From Hydrolagus colliei (lineage: Eukaryota), in contig CM068744.1 of the NCBI GenBank assembly GCA_035084275.1, positions 13,330,001-13,394,000 on the forward strand: a stretch of DNA of 64,000 nt, read 5' to 3'. Under the pieces are notes generated by a model that had not been told where the DNA came from, did not search any database, and saw nothing but the letters and a program-made list of their open reading frames with translations. The translations under genes and the position numbers were made by a program. Positions 27,659 through 40,547 of this stretch are shown here, piece by piece (position 1 is the first letter of the stretch; each line of letters starts with the position of its first letter).

Positions 27659-28132
27659 TACTACCTACCTCTCAGCCTACTAAGCAGCCCGAAAAATCTT
27701 TAAATCTTCTATTTCTCTACTCTGGATCTACTTCTACATTTGTCAAATGCTTTGAAATGTTCTCTTACATAATATAATAATAATATTTGATATAGCGCTT
27801 TTCACGTCTTCTAGATGGCTCAAAGCACTTCACAGAATATACTATAAAGTGGATTGACTATATTTGGGGGGGGCAAATTTGGCAGCTGATTGCGCACAGC
27901 AGTGTCCCACAAACAGTCGTCGATTGAAATTACCAATTTATTATTGTTTGTTTTTTGAGGGATTATTAAAAGTTACTTTATAAAAAGATGTTGCTGTAAA
28001 TTAAATTTATGGACAAATTGGCAACAACTTTTATGTATTAGTGACATTGGGCTCACATATGTCAGGACGTCTTGGGACGTCCTCCTGACATGAAAGATTC
28101 TATACAAGTGTAATTTTGCTGCTGTTGTTGTT

Positions 28133-28437
28133 GAGTCCTGTAGCTCAGTAGTTAGAGCACACGCCTTGCAAGTGAGAGCCCTGAGTTCGATTCCTGCAGG
28201 GCGAAACCTTGGGCAAGTTTCCTTACTCCATACGCCTGATAATAGTCCCACAAATAAAAATGATAAAAATTGTTCACTAATCTACAATTGTTTGTGGGAC
28301 ACTGCTGTGCGCAATTGGTTACTGCGTTTCACCCACAAATATAGAGTCTATTCACTTTATAGTAACTTCTGGGAAGCGCTTTGAGACGTTTAGAGGATGC
28401 GAAAAGTGCTACATCAAATTCAAGGATTATTATTATT
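28133..28437 (+). mobile_element. tRNA-headed Deu SINE, short form
   Basis: A box, B box GTTCGATTCC, Deu core and tail. Confidence 0.92.
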
Positions 28438-29628
28438 AAATTGTTGTCGGGAATAAAATTACATGTCTAAACAATTGGCCGGAAACTGAAGTCCACTGTC
28501 CTCTGTGAAAATGAAGATTGACAAAGAGCTGGATTCTGTGTAGTTTGTTGGTGTGGACTTGCACCCTCTATGAACTGCATCAAAGAGCCACTTATTTTAC
28601 TCAGGCTTCAAAGACAGGAAATATTCATTCAGTAATTGTGTACATTGTCAAAGATCAGGAACAGGGATGAATGATCCTAACTAACCTCCCCTCTCCCTAA
28701 CACAAGGGCATTGATATCAATTGTATCAATTAATCTGGTACCCAGGTTTCAATCCCAGTTGGCTAACAATACAGAATGGGATTTAATCTGGTGACTCTCT
28801 GGTCCATCCTGGCACTAGGCAGTGTCTTTACCTGCTTCTCCGTCATGGGATTTCATTGTTCATTAAGATAAATCTCAACCCATTTGTTGTGCTTCTGTAG
28901 TTGCCAACCTTCACATTCATGTTTTCTGCTCCACTCACCAAGACTACATTAAACAACTCTCTATCACAATTATCATTTTCATGCCTATGGCAAAACTGAT
29001 TCCTATTAAATACTTCCATGCTGAATATAAATCATGCTTAACCCCTGCAAAGCCTTTGCTAATCACCAATGAAATCCACCCATTCCTTTCCACATCACCT
29101 TTTCAACCACTTGTTGAGAGCAATTATTCTGCTCAACCTGTCATCACTTCTGGTCATCACCAGAAGGAGCTCAGGAATCATCACCTTTTTACCCCCTTTC
29201 TAAAAATGTCCGCAGTCCTTCCTGATAATTTCCTGAGGCTGTCTGTCTCCAGCATCACTCGGACCCACATGGAGCATTAGAGCCAGCTCTTTCCCTGGTC
29301 ACTTCAAACCCCTATTGTGTATCTTTAGTGTATGATTATGCGGGTTATCTGCCGGACAAATTATAGCACAGAGCAACAGCTGAAGAATATAATCAATTCA
29401 GAGCCCCTATTCCAAAATAGGCTGGCCCCGCACATTCCTACCCTGCAGCCATTAGCAGAGCTATTAGCGCTCATTCACCTTCAGACAACCCACGCTAGCC
29501 TTAAGATCACACACAGCACTGCTTTTGAAATTGATGTGAAATTCTGTGAATGTGCCATTGCAGTAGCTAATCATTTTTCCATTAAAAAAGAGTGGTTTAA
29601 TTGACTTAAAACTCCACTGATATATAAC

Positions 29629-29955
29629 AACAATAATAATAATATTAATCCTTGTATTTGATATAGCGCTACCCACATTTTATCAATGTTAACGCTTCAC
29701 AGAATATACTGTAAAATAAATTGACTGTATAAATTTGTGGGTAAATCGTGGCAGCCAATTGCGCACAGCAGTGTCCCACACACAGTCATGGATTGAAATG
29801 ATCAATTTTATTATTGTGGTTTTTTTGGAGGGATTATTATTAGGCTGTTGAATAAGGAAACTTGCCCAAGGTTTCGCCCTGACCTGCCTGACCACAGGTC
29901 TCCCCAGCTTGGTCTCCCCAGCTTGCAAGACAAGTGCTCTAACCACTGAGCCACA
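29629..29955 (-). mobile_element. tRNA-headed Deu SINE with a disrupted B-box region
   Basis: Collinear reverse copy; the B-box region carries a tandem GGTCTCCCCAGCTTG duplication. Confidence 0.9.
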
Positions 29956-30118
29956 GCACAGGAGCTCCGATATCTACATTAATGGGTCAGTCTGGCTCAG
30001 TTAGTAACATTCCCACCTCTGACTCAGAAGTGAGACTTAATACTTCTCCCCATTTTGATCTAGTGCCCCTAACAATGACCATTTGCTTCTTGCTCTTCGG
30101 CCTATTCACAGTTACAAT

Positions 30119-30502
30119 GGAGTCCTGTACCATACTGGTTAGAGTACTTGCCTTGCAAGTGAGAGACCTGGGTTTGATTCCTGGCAGGGCGTAATGTTGG
30201 CATACTCCACACGGCTCTGTTTATCTAGCAGAAAGTAGGAACCTGGTTGATAGTCAATTGGCAGATTGTTTTTCCGGGAGTGATAATCCCTTTCCTTTCA
30301 AAAAAATAATAAATTGATCACTTCAATCCATGATTGTTTGTGGGACACTGCTGTGCGTAATTGACTGCTGCGTTTCATCCACAAATTATACAGTCAATTC
30401 ATTTGACAGTGTATTCTTTGAAGCAGCTGTGAAACAGTTTGAAGCTTGAACAGCTTGTGATAAGGTGCTATATCGAATTCAATTATTTTTATCATTATTA
30501 TT
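30119..30502 (+). mobile_element. tRNA-headed Deu SINE, long form
   Basis: Contains the extra CTCTGTTTA(C/T)CTAGCAG..GTAGGAACC..TTGGCAGATTG segment. Confidence 0.88.
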
Positions 30503-30509
30503 TTAATCC

Positions 30510-30725
30510 ATTTTCATGTCTTGCCCTTGACACCCAGAAACTTGGTTTGATTTGTGAATGAGTTTATCATGTGGAACTTTGTCAAGAATATTTTGAAGTC
30601 TAGATATACAGCATAACATGGCTTCCTACAGTCAATTTGGCATGTCACCTCCTCAACAAAAATGTGTATGAGTTTGATCAAATACAATCTATCCTTTCTG
30701 AAAGTGTGTTGACAATCATACACAA
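30510..30725 (-). mobile_element. CR1 LINE RT fragment
   Basis: Degenerate AVYLDF.K..DKVPH motif typical of CR1 reverse transcriptases. Confidence 0.75.
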
Positions 30726-33700
30726 GAAACGTTTTACACAAGTGACACAGTGGCCCAAATGGCTTTTTCTATACTATATATTACTAAGTAATCTTCCATT
30801 TTATTTCTGATAATTGACCCCATCATTTTTCTATTATTATATTACTTTTTTTTATTTTTAAAATGAACTTTCCAACTGGCCAAATGGACCACATTGTACA
30901 TTCCTATGTTCCTATGTAATAAGAACAGGTTGAAAAGAATTAGGATAAAGCTTGTGGCCAATAAATAAGAAATTCCTTATGTTTTACTGAAATGTTATGA
31001 AGCCAATGTAAAGTAGGAATGCATTAAGTTGCGATAACATTTTCCAAAAGATTTCATATGAATAGGTGACTTAACGTATCACAAGGCTTCTGAATTTTGT
31101 TCTGAGAAACTCCTAAAATTTAAAACTCATGACTACGAGCGACCAAGGAAAAAAGTATTCAATATGCAGACCATAAAAATGCAAACCTTCAAGCTCAAGA
31201 AGAGTTTTGTTTCCTGCAAACGTTCCAGAAAGACACAAACTCCTCTTTCTCAGGTCTATAAAGTTGGAGTTACAACAAAGCTGTGCTTCACTGTGTACAT
31301 GCTCTTAAGTCATTTTTTTAATTGAGCTTCTCCTGTAAAGAACAAAAAGCCTCCGCACACTATGGTTTGAGTGGATTGTGGTTGCTTGCAAAGGGAGTGT
31401 AATCACCTTGTAACACCAGCTAGAATTTCAGCCCACATGGTTCCTTTACAATTACAATTATACTTTTTGTACATGTTGTGCATTGAACCAATTTAATGTG
31501 TGTATTGAAAATAATACTGTCATACAATATAATGCCAATTATTTGTCACTCCAATGATCTAATGGATGATGCTTCATCATCCATCAGATGATGGATGCTA
31601 GTTTACTTTTTGACAAACACATTTTGCTTTTAAGTGGAAATAAGCTTCTACTGTGCTGACTTTCCTTCATTGACACAGAATGAAGTCTGTATCTGAACGT
31701 GTCCTGTACCTACTTATACAACAACAACAAAATTACTTTTATAGTGCGCTGTTCATGTCGGGAGGACGTCCCACATAAGTACTTATACTTACACTTGCAT
31801 ATAGCAAAGATAAAACAAAGATTCTCATGCATGTGTGGCTCGGTTCCACACGTTGGAACGTGTTCAAATACTTTTAAGGAAGATGGTGTCAGGCATCCAT
31901 AGCCATCTGACAAAAATAGTGATGTGAAACTAAAATAATTCTCTGGCCGTCACATAGAACAGATTCTAAATTCACAACCTGGTTATAATTTGGGAGTTTA
32001 TGTTCAAAATGGCAGTAACAACAGTGAAACAGTGAATAAAGTGCATTTTAATGTCAATTTCGTAGAAAAGCACATCAAATAAGGGATAATTGTAATATAA
32101 CAGAATATAATTCTTCAAACCACTTCAACCCCAAGGACCCTTAGAATCATAAATATGTATGACTGATGAATATATTAACATATCTTTATCATGCAGTTGG
32201 AGAAACCATGTCAATGCAGGCTACATTTCTTTCCTTTGAAGTAGACTTAGTATTTAAAATATCAACCATATCTATGGGCGTTTTGACTACTAATAAATGG
32301 TCATGCAATGCTTCACTGAAGCTTCACTGTCAGCATGCTTCTATTTACAGTATATATATATATGTGTGTAAAATACTAATAAAACAATGTCTGTCTGCGT
32401 TACTAGAAGTATCTCAATAACCAATTGACATAGGCATGTTTATACCTCATTGGAAAGATCTTGCAACTGGGAGTGACATGGGCATATTTGTTTTCAGGTA
32501 TCCCCAATCGTTCATGTGTTATTTTCAGTTTTGCAGTTTTTGCTGCAGTTACACCTGGTAGCCACCGAGTCAAAGTGGCACTGTGGCATCATGTGTCACA
32601 AAGTACCAATGTATATACACACATAATGCAGTTACACCTGGTAGCCGATTCTTCATTTGGTTTCCTCCTCATTCAGTTCCCACCTCATATGGTGCCCTCC
32701 TCGTCCATTTCCCTCCCTGCTTGAGTGAGGCTCTCTCAATTCTCCCTATATATAGGCCACTCACACAACCAGTTTCTAATTAGTTAATCTGGTCTGGTCT
32801 ATCTGGTCTGTGACTAACTTAATTTACCTGTTTACCAAGTTCTCTCTTGCTCAAGAAACAATTCTCACTCCTTTGCTAAAAAGAACGAATTCTTTCTTGG
32901 TCTCCAGTTCTCTCTTGCTCAAGAATTCCCATTCTCACCATATTCCCTAACAGAATTCTCACTCTATCTCTGCTCACCTCTCTGCTCCAGTTGCTCTTAA
33001 ATAAGCAAGCAAAGACAGGATGGGCCAAGTGGCATTCATAACATCCAGGGTTCAGTATGTAAACTCCTTGCTTGTCGGCCTCCTAACACCTCCCTCCAGA
33101 TCATCCTGCAGATCATCCAGAACTCTGCAGCCTGTGTCCTCTCCCGCATTAGGCTCCATGACCCTATCATCCCTGCTTTCCAGCCTCCCCAATCCTGACC
33201 CTCAGCTCAGGTCCAAAATACTGTCTGTCTAGGGCCTTGGGATGGCCTCCCAATGTGAAAGATGCTAAACAAATGTAATTTAATTATTATTTTTATTGAC
33301 CTGGGATGACTAATCCTAGGTTTGTGCTGCTGATGTGCATTTTAAATTCCACCTTACAAAATACAGTCTCTATATTATACTGTAATTCCGTGATGGGTTT
33401 TGAGATGTCCTCCTGATTTCAAAGACACTATATTAAATGCAGTAGATAATTTACTCTGTATAAAGGGGGACTGTTAAATCTTTCTTTACCTCTGAGGCAC
33501 ATATGGTGATCGTATTGCTTTTGTATGAATCTCAACAGTCTACATGAACAAAATGAAAAAGAATGACACTTATTCTGTTTTATTTAGCAGACAACCCAAA
33601 TAATGGACTGGGAAGGAAAGTAAATTGTCTCAATTTTATTCCCACATGTTTAACTTGAACATTAATCACATATTATTTTAACTTCTGGAATATGATTGAA

Positions 33701-35264
33701 GCCAAAGTTAAAAACAATATTCTTGCTAAATGCCAGCTTCCAAAAATAGTGTTCTGGGACTAAGAACTCCTTACAAGTGGGGTAGTAAAATATGTGACAG
33801 TATTGCCACCATCCTCCTGTACCAATCCCAGATACAATGAGTGATAGTTCCGTCACCTCATGTTCATATAAATATAATTGTTTGTCTCATGTAATTTTAC
33901 ACTTCAAACCATTATGGAAACTTTAAGTAATTCAAATGAGAAAATGGAGAATGCTAAACATCTCTGGCCTTTCAATTATAACCATAAAGGTCAGTCCTGT
34001 GGTTTTCTAAATTTGCTAATTTGTGCACATCACCAAGATAATAATGCTTATACAGTATTTGGTAAATCGCCTTTTATTTCAGGAGCACATCCACAAAGTG
34101 TTTTACAAGTACAGTACCGCGACTGTGGTACCAAATTGCGCACAACAATGTCTCAAGATATTCTGTCTGTAGTACCTCTGATAGGGTGACAGGGTCATAC
34201 AGTCCCAGAAGTGCAGCAAAGACAGAGCAAATCTAATTTGAAAACAGCATTATTTATGAACTAATATTCAAAGCAAAACAAATATCTGTATGGGGTGGTC
34301 CTAAATATTCTAGCTGAGAGAAACTACAGTGTTAACTAAGTGCTAGAGAAGCTACAAAAATTGGGAAATTCATACTTTATCTTAATTTATAACTGGACCA
34401 TTGTTAAAGAACAGTAAATACAATTAGTGCTACATTCACCCAATCAGGTATGTTTCAATATGGTTGACATAAGGATCTGTGAATTACCAGACTCGTGATG
34501 GCAAAGGAACTAAATAAAAACAAATCACTGTTGCAATTGATACAGCATCTTTCATGTCAGTAGGAAGTTTTATAGTGCTTCACAAGAGTTTACTGTAAAG
34601 TGGAGTTATTGTGCGTTTTGTAGATGAACGCGCAGCTAATTTACATACAGCAATGCCGCACAGCAAGGCCATGGAGGGCTTTAAAGGTGAGGACCAAGAT
34701 CTTGAATTGAATCCTCTGAACGATGGGGAGCCAATGAGGTCGGGCAAGATTGGGGGAGATGGGGGTCACAGAGCTTGGTGTGGGAGAGGACACTGGCCGC
34801 AGAGTTCTGGATGATCAGCAGCCTATGAATATCAGTATATATGATAAAGTTTGTGATTGAGCATGTAGACTATGCATAGTATTTGCAAATGAAAACTGCT
34901 CATGGGACCAGCCCTTCTTTATAAAATGACCACAAATGTAAGATAGATTGTATCAGTTGAAATTGAACAAGATCCAAAATTAACTGAAATCGTATATTAC
35001 TTTTATTGTATTGTGATGATACTTAATATCCCTTAACAAGCGGGAAAATCTCTCTCCACCCTTTCTTATCACACAGTGTCCCACACAGTGTGTCATTATG
35101 CCTCAATAGGTATGTTTGCTGCGGGCAAATAGCCAAACGTCACGCATAAGTGAAAGATATAAGATGAAATGTCAAAACATGTGACTGATATAATGGCTGG
35201 CTGATAAGATTGCAGAGCAACTTCAGCTTCTGTTGGCTTTGAAAAACGTTCAATTCTAACACAC

Positions 35265-35292
35265 TGCATCTCGATATAACACAATTTCTAAC
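35265..35292 (-). CDS. Possible 28-nt exon (VRNCVISRC)
   Basis: Strong acceptor ttttatttctttgctgtAG but weak donor GCA|GTGTGT; keeps frame only together with the 5-nt candidate at 18460-18464. Confidence 0.25.
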
Positions 35293-35828
35293 CTACAGCA
35301 AAGAAATAAACTTTTGTAATATCTCACAGGGTGCTATAACCATCAAGACTAGGTGGTCTATCATCAGCTCCTCGTGGAGTAACATAGACCAGTGTGGCTC
35401 ACATCGCACTGAGACCGCCACAGAGGGTTGACTCAATCTGGCAAACATTGCCAAACATGCCACTTGGATTCAGCTCAACGCAATTCACAGCAGACACTGT
35501 ATGATTTGTAGGCAAACACTGCAGGTAATTTATGCACAGCAATGTACGACAAATATCCATGAAGTGAATGACCAATTTTATTTGGAGATGCAAATGGTAG
35601 AACATAACGGAAAAAGTAAGAAAGGTTTTTCCTCAGTACGGCTATTACAGATTACGTGAAGTTACCACAACATTTATTTTTATTGTGTCCTGAAAACACA
35701 TACAAAATAGCAAAGAAGAATGTACCTCACAGATAATACATTTCAATAAAGTTGCATTTCATATAGCACCTTTTCATGTTGTCAAGATGTCTCAAAGTTC
35801 TTCACAAGAGTTTACTGTAAATTGAATG

Positions 35829-35963
35829 AAAGGCAAAATACTGCAGATACTCGAAATCTGAAACAAAAACAGAAGTCACTGGGAACACACAGCAGGTCAG
35901 GCAGCATCTATGGAGAAAAGAAAGTGAGTCAACGTTTCGGGTCCACAACCCTTCGCCAGAATT
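35829..35963 (-). mobile_element. Penelope-like terminal repeat fragment containing a degenerate minimal hammerhead ribozyme
   Basis: Minus strand AATT-CTGGCGA-A-GGGT(TGTGG)ACCC-GAAA-CGTT-GACT; homologous to 51317-51411. Confidence 0.7.
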
Positions 35964-36463
35964 AGGGCTTGTTGGGTAGGAGAGGCTTTAAAGAACTAAC
36001 TTTTTGATACTGTAAATCAACTGTGTATTTTATGCTGCCAGTTTGTGTGCAGCAGTGTCCCATTAACAGCCATGGAGTGAGTAACTAAGTTTATTTGAGG
36101 GCAAGGACACTGGGAGGAACTCTGTTCTCTTTACATTTGTATGACATTGCTGCATGGAAACTGACTGCAGTGTTTGGCTACAAAAATATATACACCATAC
36201 TTCACAGGGAATCTTGCATATTGGTCAGGTTGAAACCTAGAATGCTCTTATGCCATGGCAGCCAGAATTGGACAACAACAACAACTTCGCTATACAAATC
36301 AAAGTTGTTGTTGTACAATTCTGGCTGCCATGGCATAAGAGGCCCAAGATGCAAGGCAGAGGAAAGCCACAAGAATGATCCTGATAGTGTTAGAGAAATA
36401 AGCTCTGAGCAATGATTGGACAAAATAGGAATCTTCAATCTTGGCAAGGGATATGAAAGGGAA

Positions 36464-36860
36464 CAACAACAGCTTGCATTTATGTAGACCCTTCAGGCAG
36501 GGTAGCATCCCAGAGCACTTGACAGTGACAAAGTCTGGCCCTGAGCCATGGGGAGAGGGAGAGGGGAGGTAACTGTAAGAACGATCAAAAAGGAAAGTCT
36601 TTACGTGGGATTTGAAAGTGGGGAGGGAGGGGGCCAAGGTGGAGGGATTTAGGGAGAGAGTTCCAGACTTTCGGGACATATTGTCTGAAGTCATGGCCAC
36701 TGATTGTGGAGTGGAGGAGACGAGGGACAAACGAGAGAGCCACCTGAACGGAGGCAGCAGTAATGGGGTGGGAGTTAAGCAGGCCAGATAGGTAGGGAGG
36801 TGCGAGGGCATGAAGGGATTTGAAAATGAGTGATGGATTTTTGCATTCAATTTATTAAAG
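36464..36860 (-). mobile_element. Older L2 LINE 3' fragment
   Basis: LPTFKSHVKTFLFDR motif and L2-type tail. Confidence 0.8.
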
Positions 36861-37986
36861 ATGCCTAATGGAGGGGCGGGTTGGGAAATCTGAATACAAT
36901 TCATTTTGTGGCAAACAACTCAAAGAATGAGCAATTTGCGATGAGTTTTGTGGCTGTTTTTAATACTGGTAAACATCTGGATTGCACATGCAGCAAGCAG
37001 GCCATATGTCACTATTGCTTCACGTGTATACAGTATCTGTGTATACAGATACTTATATACAGTATTGGATATATTTCCAACAAATGGCCTGATGGTCCAG
37101 TGGGTCGAAACACCATAAGAATCGCCACGTTGTGTTAACGAGAAAGCTGTAGATCTGAGTCCCCTCTGTGCCGAGTTACATGTTATTTGCAATGGCAGCA
37201 CTTCATGTGCTAAAAGTGACCTCTGACAAGATTTACACTGCTTATCTATCCAGTATCATAGCCATATATAAAATAAACACCACCTGAACTGAGAGGATAT
37301 ATGGTTAAAATAGCAATTCTTGAATTTAGTATCACAGATCCTAACATGGAGCTTCAACTCACAGCTTGCTGACCCTCAGGGCAAGAGTCTTACCAACTGA
37401 GCCACTTGACATCTGATATGATAACCCAGAAGTGCAGGACACAAAATACAAATGTTCGAGATTTCTCTTTGCTCTAAATTGATCTTTTGTTTCAGCTGAT
37501 AAATACATAATTGTTGGTGTGATTTTGTGTAAGGATTCGTAATATGATTCTCAGTCCTTCAAAATTCTTATATTCCATGTCTCACCTCTTGGGTGGTCAA
37601 TTAGAAAAGTTGAGGTTTCATCAGAAACTGTAGGAAAGCCGTGTTATAGCTGGTGTTCACAAACACCGTGAATTTTATCACTACTGTCAGAATTCAGTGA
37701 CAATATCCAGTCTTACAAAATAATCGTGAGAAAATAGTTTCACCCTTTGCTGCGATTCAGGAGGGAGAGAGGGTAAGCTACTAATCTGGTTCTATTTGCC
37801 TTTCATGTGGACAGTTGTCATGACAACTCTTTATTCGAGGCACATCAAAGGATGCAGATCGCAGCATCAGATTTCAATAATAAATTGAAACAATTGTATT
37901 CAGATTACAGGTTTACAATCAAAACATCATTTGTTTGAATGCTGATAAATAGCTGGATCACCAAATATTAGGTGATGTTTTAAGTA

Positions 37987-38290
37987 TCAGCCTGGCTCAG
38001 ATGGTAACACTCTCACTTCTGTGTCAAAAGATTCAAAACCCACTTTGGGACTTTGAACTCACAGTCTAGGCTGACATTCCAATACAGTGTTGGGGAGTGC
38101 TGTATTGGCAGAGGTGCCATCGTTCAGGTAGATTTTAAACTGAGGTCTCATCTGCGGCTTTGTTCAGGTGGATATTAAAGATCCCATGACACTTTGAAAA
38201 GAGAAGTATCTGGGCCACAATCCCCCTGGTAAAATTGTTCATTAACTTCACAACCCTGCATAAATTAGCTGCCTCGTTCATCTACAAAAT
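37987..38290 (+). mobile_element. Older SacSINE1-like DeuSINE
   Basis: tRNA-like head, TCTAGGCTGACA, TAAACTGAGG and AAAGATCCCATG motifs. Confidence 0.78.
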
Positions 38291-38394
38291 ACGCACTCTC
38301 TCTCTGGAGGGTGCATTGTGCTTATTAAATTCATTAAGGTATTAAAAGCAGGTAGACAAGAGCCAAGGTTAGCAGACCCCAGAGTGTACGTTGG

Positions 38395-38830
38395 GCTAAT
38401 GCTGAAGACTTACCAACTAAAACCACATAGCTTGCCATTGATATTACTGTCTGACAAGCTGTCCCACTGCTTATCCACAGAGGACCACACTACCCATTAG
38501 GGCTTTGGTTTTGGGGGTTAACAGGAGCTGAGTGGGATGATTCCCTGCCCCCAGTGACTGGTTTGTGCTTCCAGGTCCTGCCGATGAGCCAGGCTGACTG
38601 TGCTGTCATCAGCAGTGCACTGGAATACTGCAGACCCAGCTGGCTCAGGAACAGGACTATCAGGATCGCCACAGAGGACTGGCTCGATTCCGACATTTCA
38701 GTTGTCAGTTCAGTACCAAGAAACCCCACTCACCAATACCAATATCTAATGGGTAGGTGTGCGAAAGCTTGCCAGACAGCAGTATCAATGGCAAGCTATG
38801 TGGGTTTAGCTGTTTAGACTCCAGCACTAC
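38395..38830. repeat. Unclassified interspersed repeat: two partial copies in inverted orientation
   Basis: 38450-38660 is the reverse complement of about 45445-45655; arms 38395-38460 and 38765-38830 are inverted copies of each other. Confidence 0.8.
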
Positions 38831-39528
38831 CGCAATGCTTACTAAACCAAATTAACTCTTTCCCCCCATTACAGCTTCAAACATTTTCTTAAATACATTC
38901 CATCTTCCAAGAAACCTGTTTCAGTCATTAATTACTCCACATGTAAAGAAATATTTCCCGGAGTTTGTCCTTCACAAAATTAAAACACTGCCATGGTTCT
39001 CCTAATGCCTTGCCATTGACTTTTTATAATCATTTAGCATCACATATATTTAGCATGTTGTATACTTTCATAACAGGTGGATAACACCTTGGTTGAATAT
39101 CTCACTCTGAGAGCAGCACTTGCATTTGTAAGTTCACTTTCATTATGAGCTTCGGGCTCAAACACACAACCATTTGTCCAAAGGCAAGAGTGTTGTCAAC
39201 AGAACCAAACAAGATGCGCACAGAAATCTATTTTCTAGATCTAAAATCTATTGGCTAAAATAATTATGAAAATGTCCTCAATCTAACCTTGCATACACCT
39301 TGCCCTAGCGGCTTCCAAACTTTAAATAGAGATATTATTCTATTATTCTATTAAATAGAATAATTTCCTTGCTGTATAGCATCATAACATTGGGCAAGCT
39401 GTAGTTAAGGAAAAAGCACTTACTATAATTTTATTAATACTCCCCTCCACCCACCTCTCCCTCCCTGATTGGCTTTTGTTCTTCTAATGAAGGTTGGCCT
39501 ATAGTTCCATGTTCCTTATTGCCCAAGC

Positions 39529-39930
39529 TAACAACAACAAAAGTTACATTGTATAGTGCCTTTCATGTCAGGAGGACGTCCCAAGAGCCGCAGAATTTTG
39601 GATGATCTACAGCTTGTGGAGGGAAGAGCTGGGGAAGCCGACAAGCAGGGAGTATCCCTACTCGAGCCTTGAGGTGACAGGAATGCCTGTATGAGGGTTT
39701 TGGTGGCCCTAGGGTTGAGGCAGTGACAGAGGTGGGCAACGTTTTGGAGCTGAGGGAAGGCATAGTGGGTCATGGCACGGAGATGGTGGAGAAAGGACAG
39801 TTGAGTGTCGAACAGGGCGCCCAGGCCCCTGACTGGCTTGGTGAGGTGGAGAGTGCATCCGTGGATGCTGACGCTGCAAGTGCCTGAGGTGTGAGGGCAC
39901 TGGAGCGAGCCAATCAGGGGGGCTCAAGCT
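39529..39930 (-). mobile_element. L2 LINE fragment with an internal deletion joining the tail to mid-ORF2
   Basis: Family B tail at 39529-39590 abuts sequence homologous to 27143-27470. Confidence 0.85.
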
Positions 39931-40189
39931 AGCGTATTCGACCCTCCTCAGCTCCTCACACCCTCCCAAACAAAGGCACTGTATAAATGTAAATTGGTAT
40001 GGTTCTCTACATCAGAACATAGTGCAGGTTGATTAGGAAGCCAGTAAATTGGGTTCCATCAAAAATGCTAATATTTAAATTTTGATTACACGTGGAAGCA
40101 CTCTCACCTCCTTCAGAGGATGGGGAGTTAAGAAAAAGAATATTATTTTAATTTGGAAGGTCATGCCTCAAGATATAAGTGAGCAAAGG

Positions 40190-40191
<2 letters not shown>

Positions 40192-40233
<42 letters not shown>
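40192..40233. repeat. (TA)n microsatellite
   Basis: About 21 uninterrupted TA units. Confidence 0.98.
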
Positions 40234-40236
<3 letters not shown>

Positions 40237-40298
40237 TACATATAGTCCTACTCATATCCATTCAGTCCCAAACATTTGAAATTGCTGTCAGGCTAATG

Positions 40299-40547
40299 CA
40301 GTGGTTTCCAAACTGTGGAGCGTGCCTCCCTTGGGGGGTGCACTGTTGACTGGGAGGGCACGGAGCTTTAGAGTCTCGAGCCCCCGAGTGCATGTGGAGC
40401 AGAGGACCCGAGGGTGCGGAGCCGAGGACCCGAGTACTGTGGAGCCAAGTTCCCGAGCCTGTGGAGCTGAATGTGAAGGATGGGAGCACAACAAAAACTT
40501 TGCTGAGTTGGGGTGGGGGGGCGCTATTTAAAGTTTGGAAGCCACTG
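40299..40547. mobile_element. Non-autonomous hAT (Charlie-like) MITE
   Basis: TIRs CAGTGGTTTCCAAACT / AGTTTGGAAGCCACTG; 8-bp TSD GGCTAATG / GGCTAAGG (one mismatch). Confidence 0.9.

Noticed and set aside
37088-37112. Hammerhead-like CTGATGG..GAAAC
   Set aside because: The core lacks the conserved A of CUGANGA and stems I and II are unconvincing.
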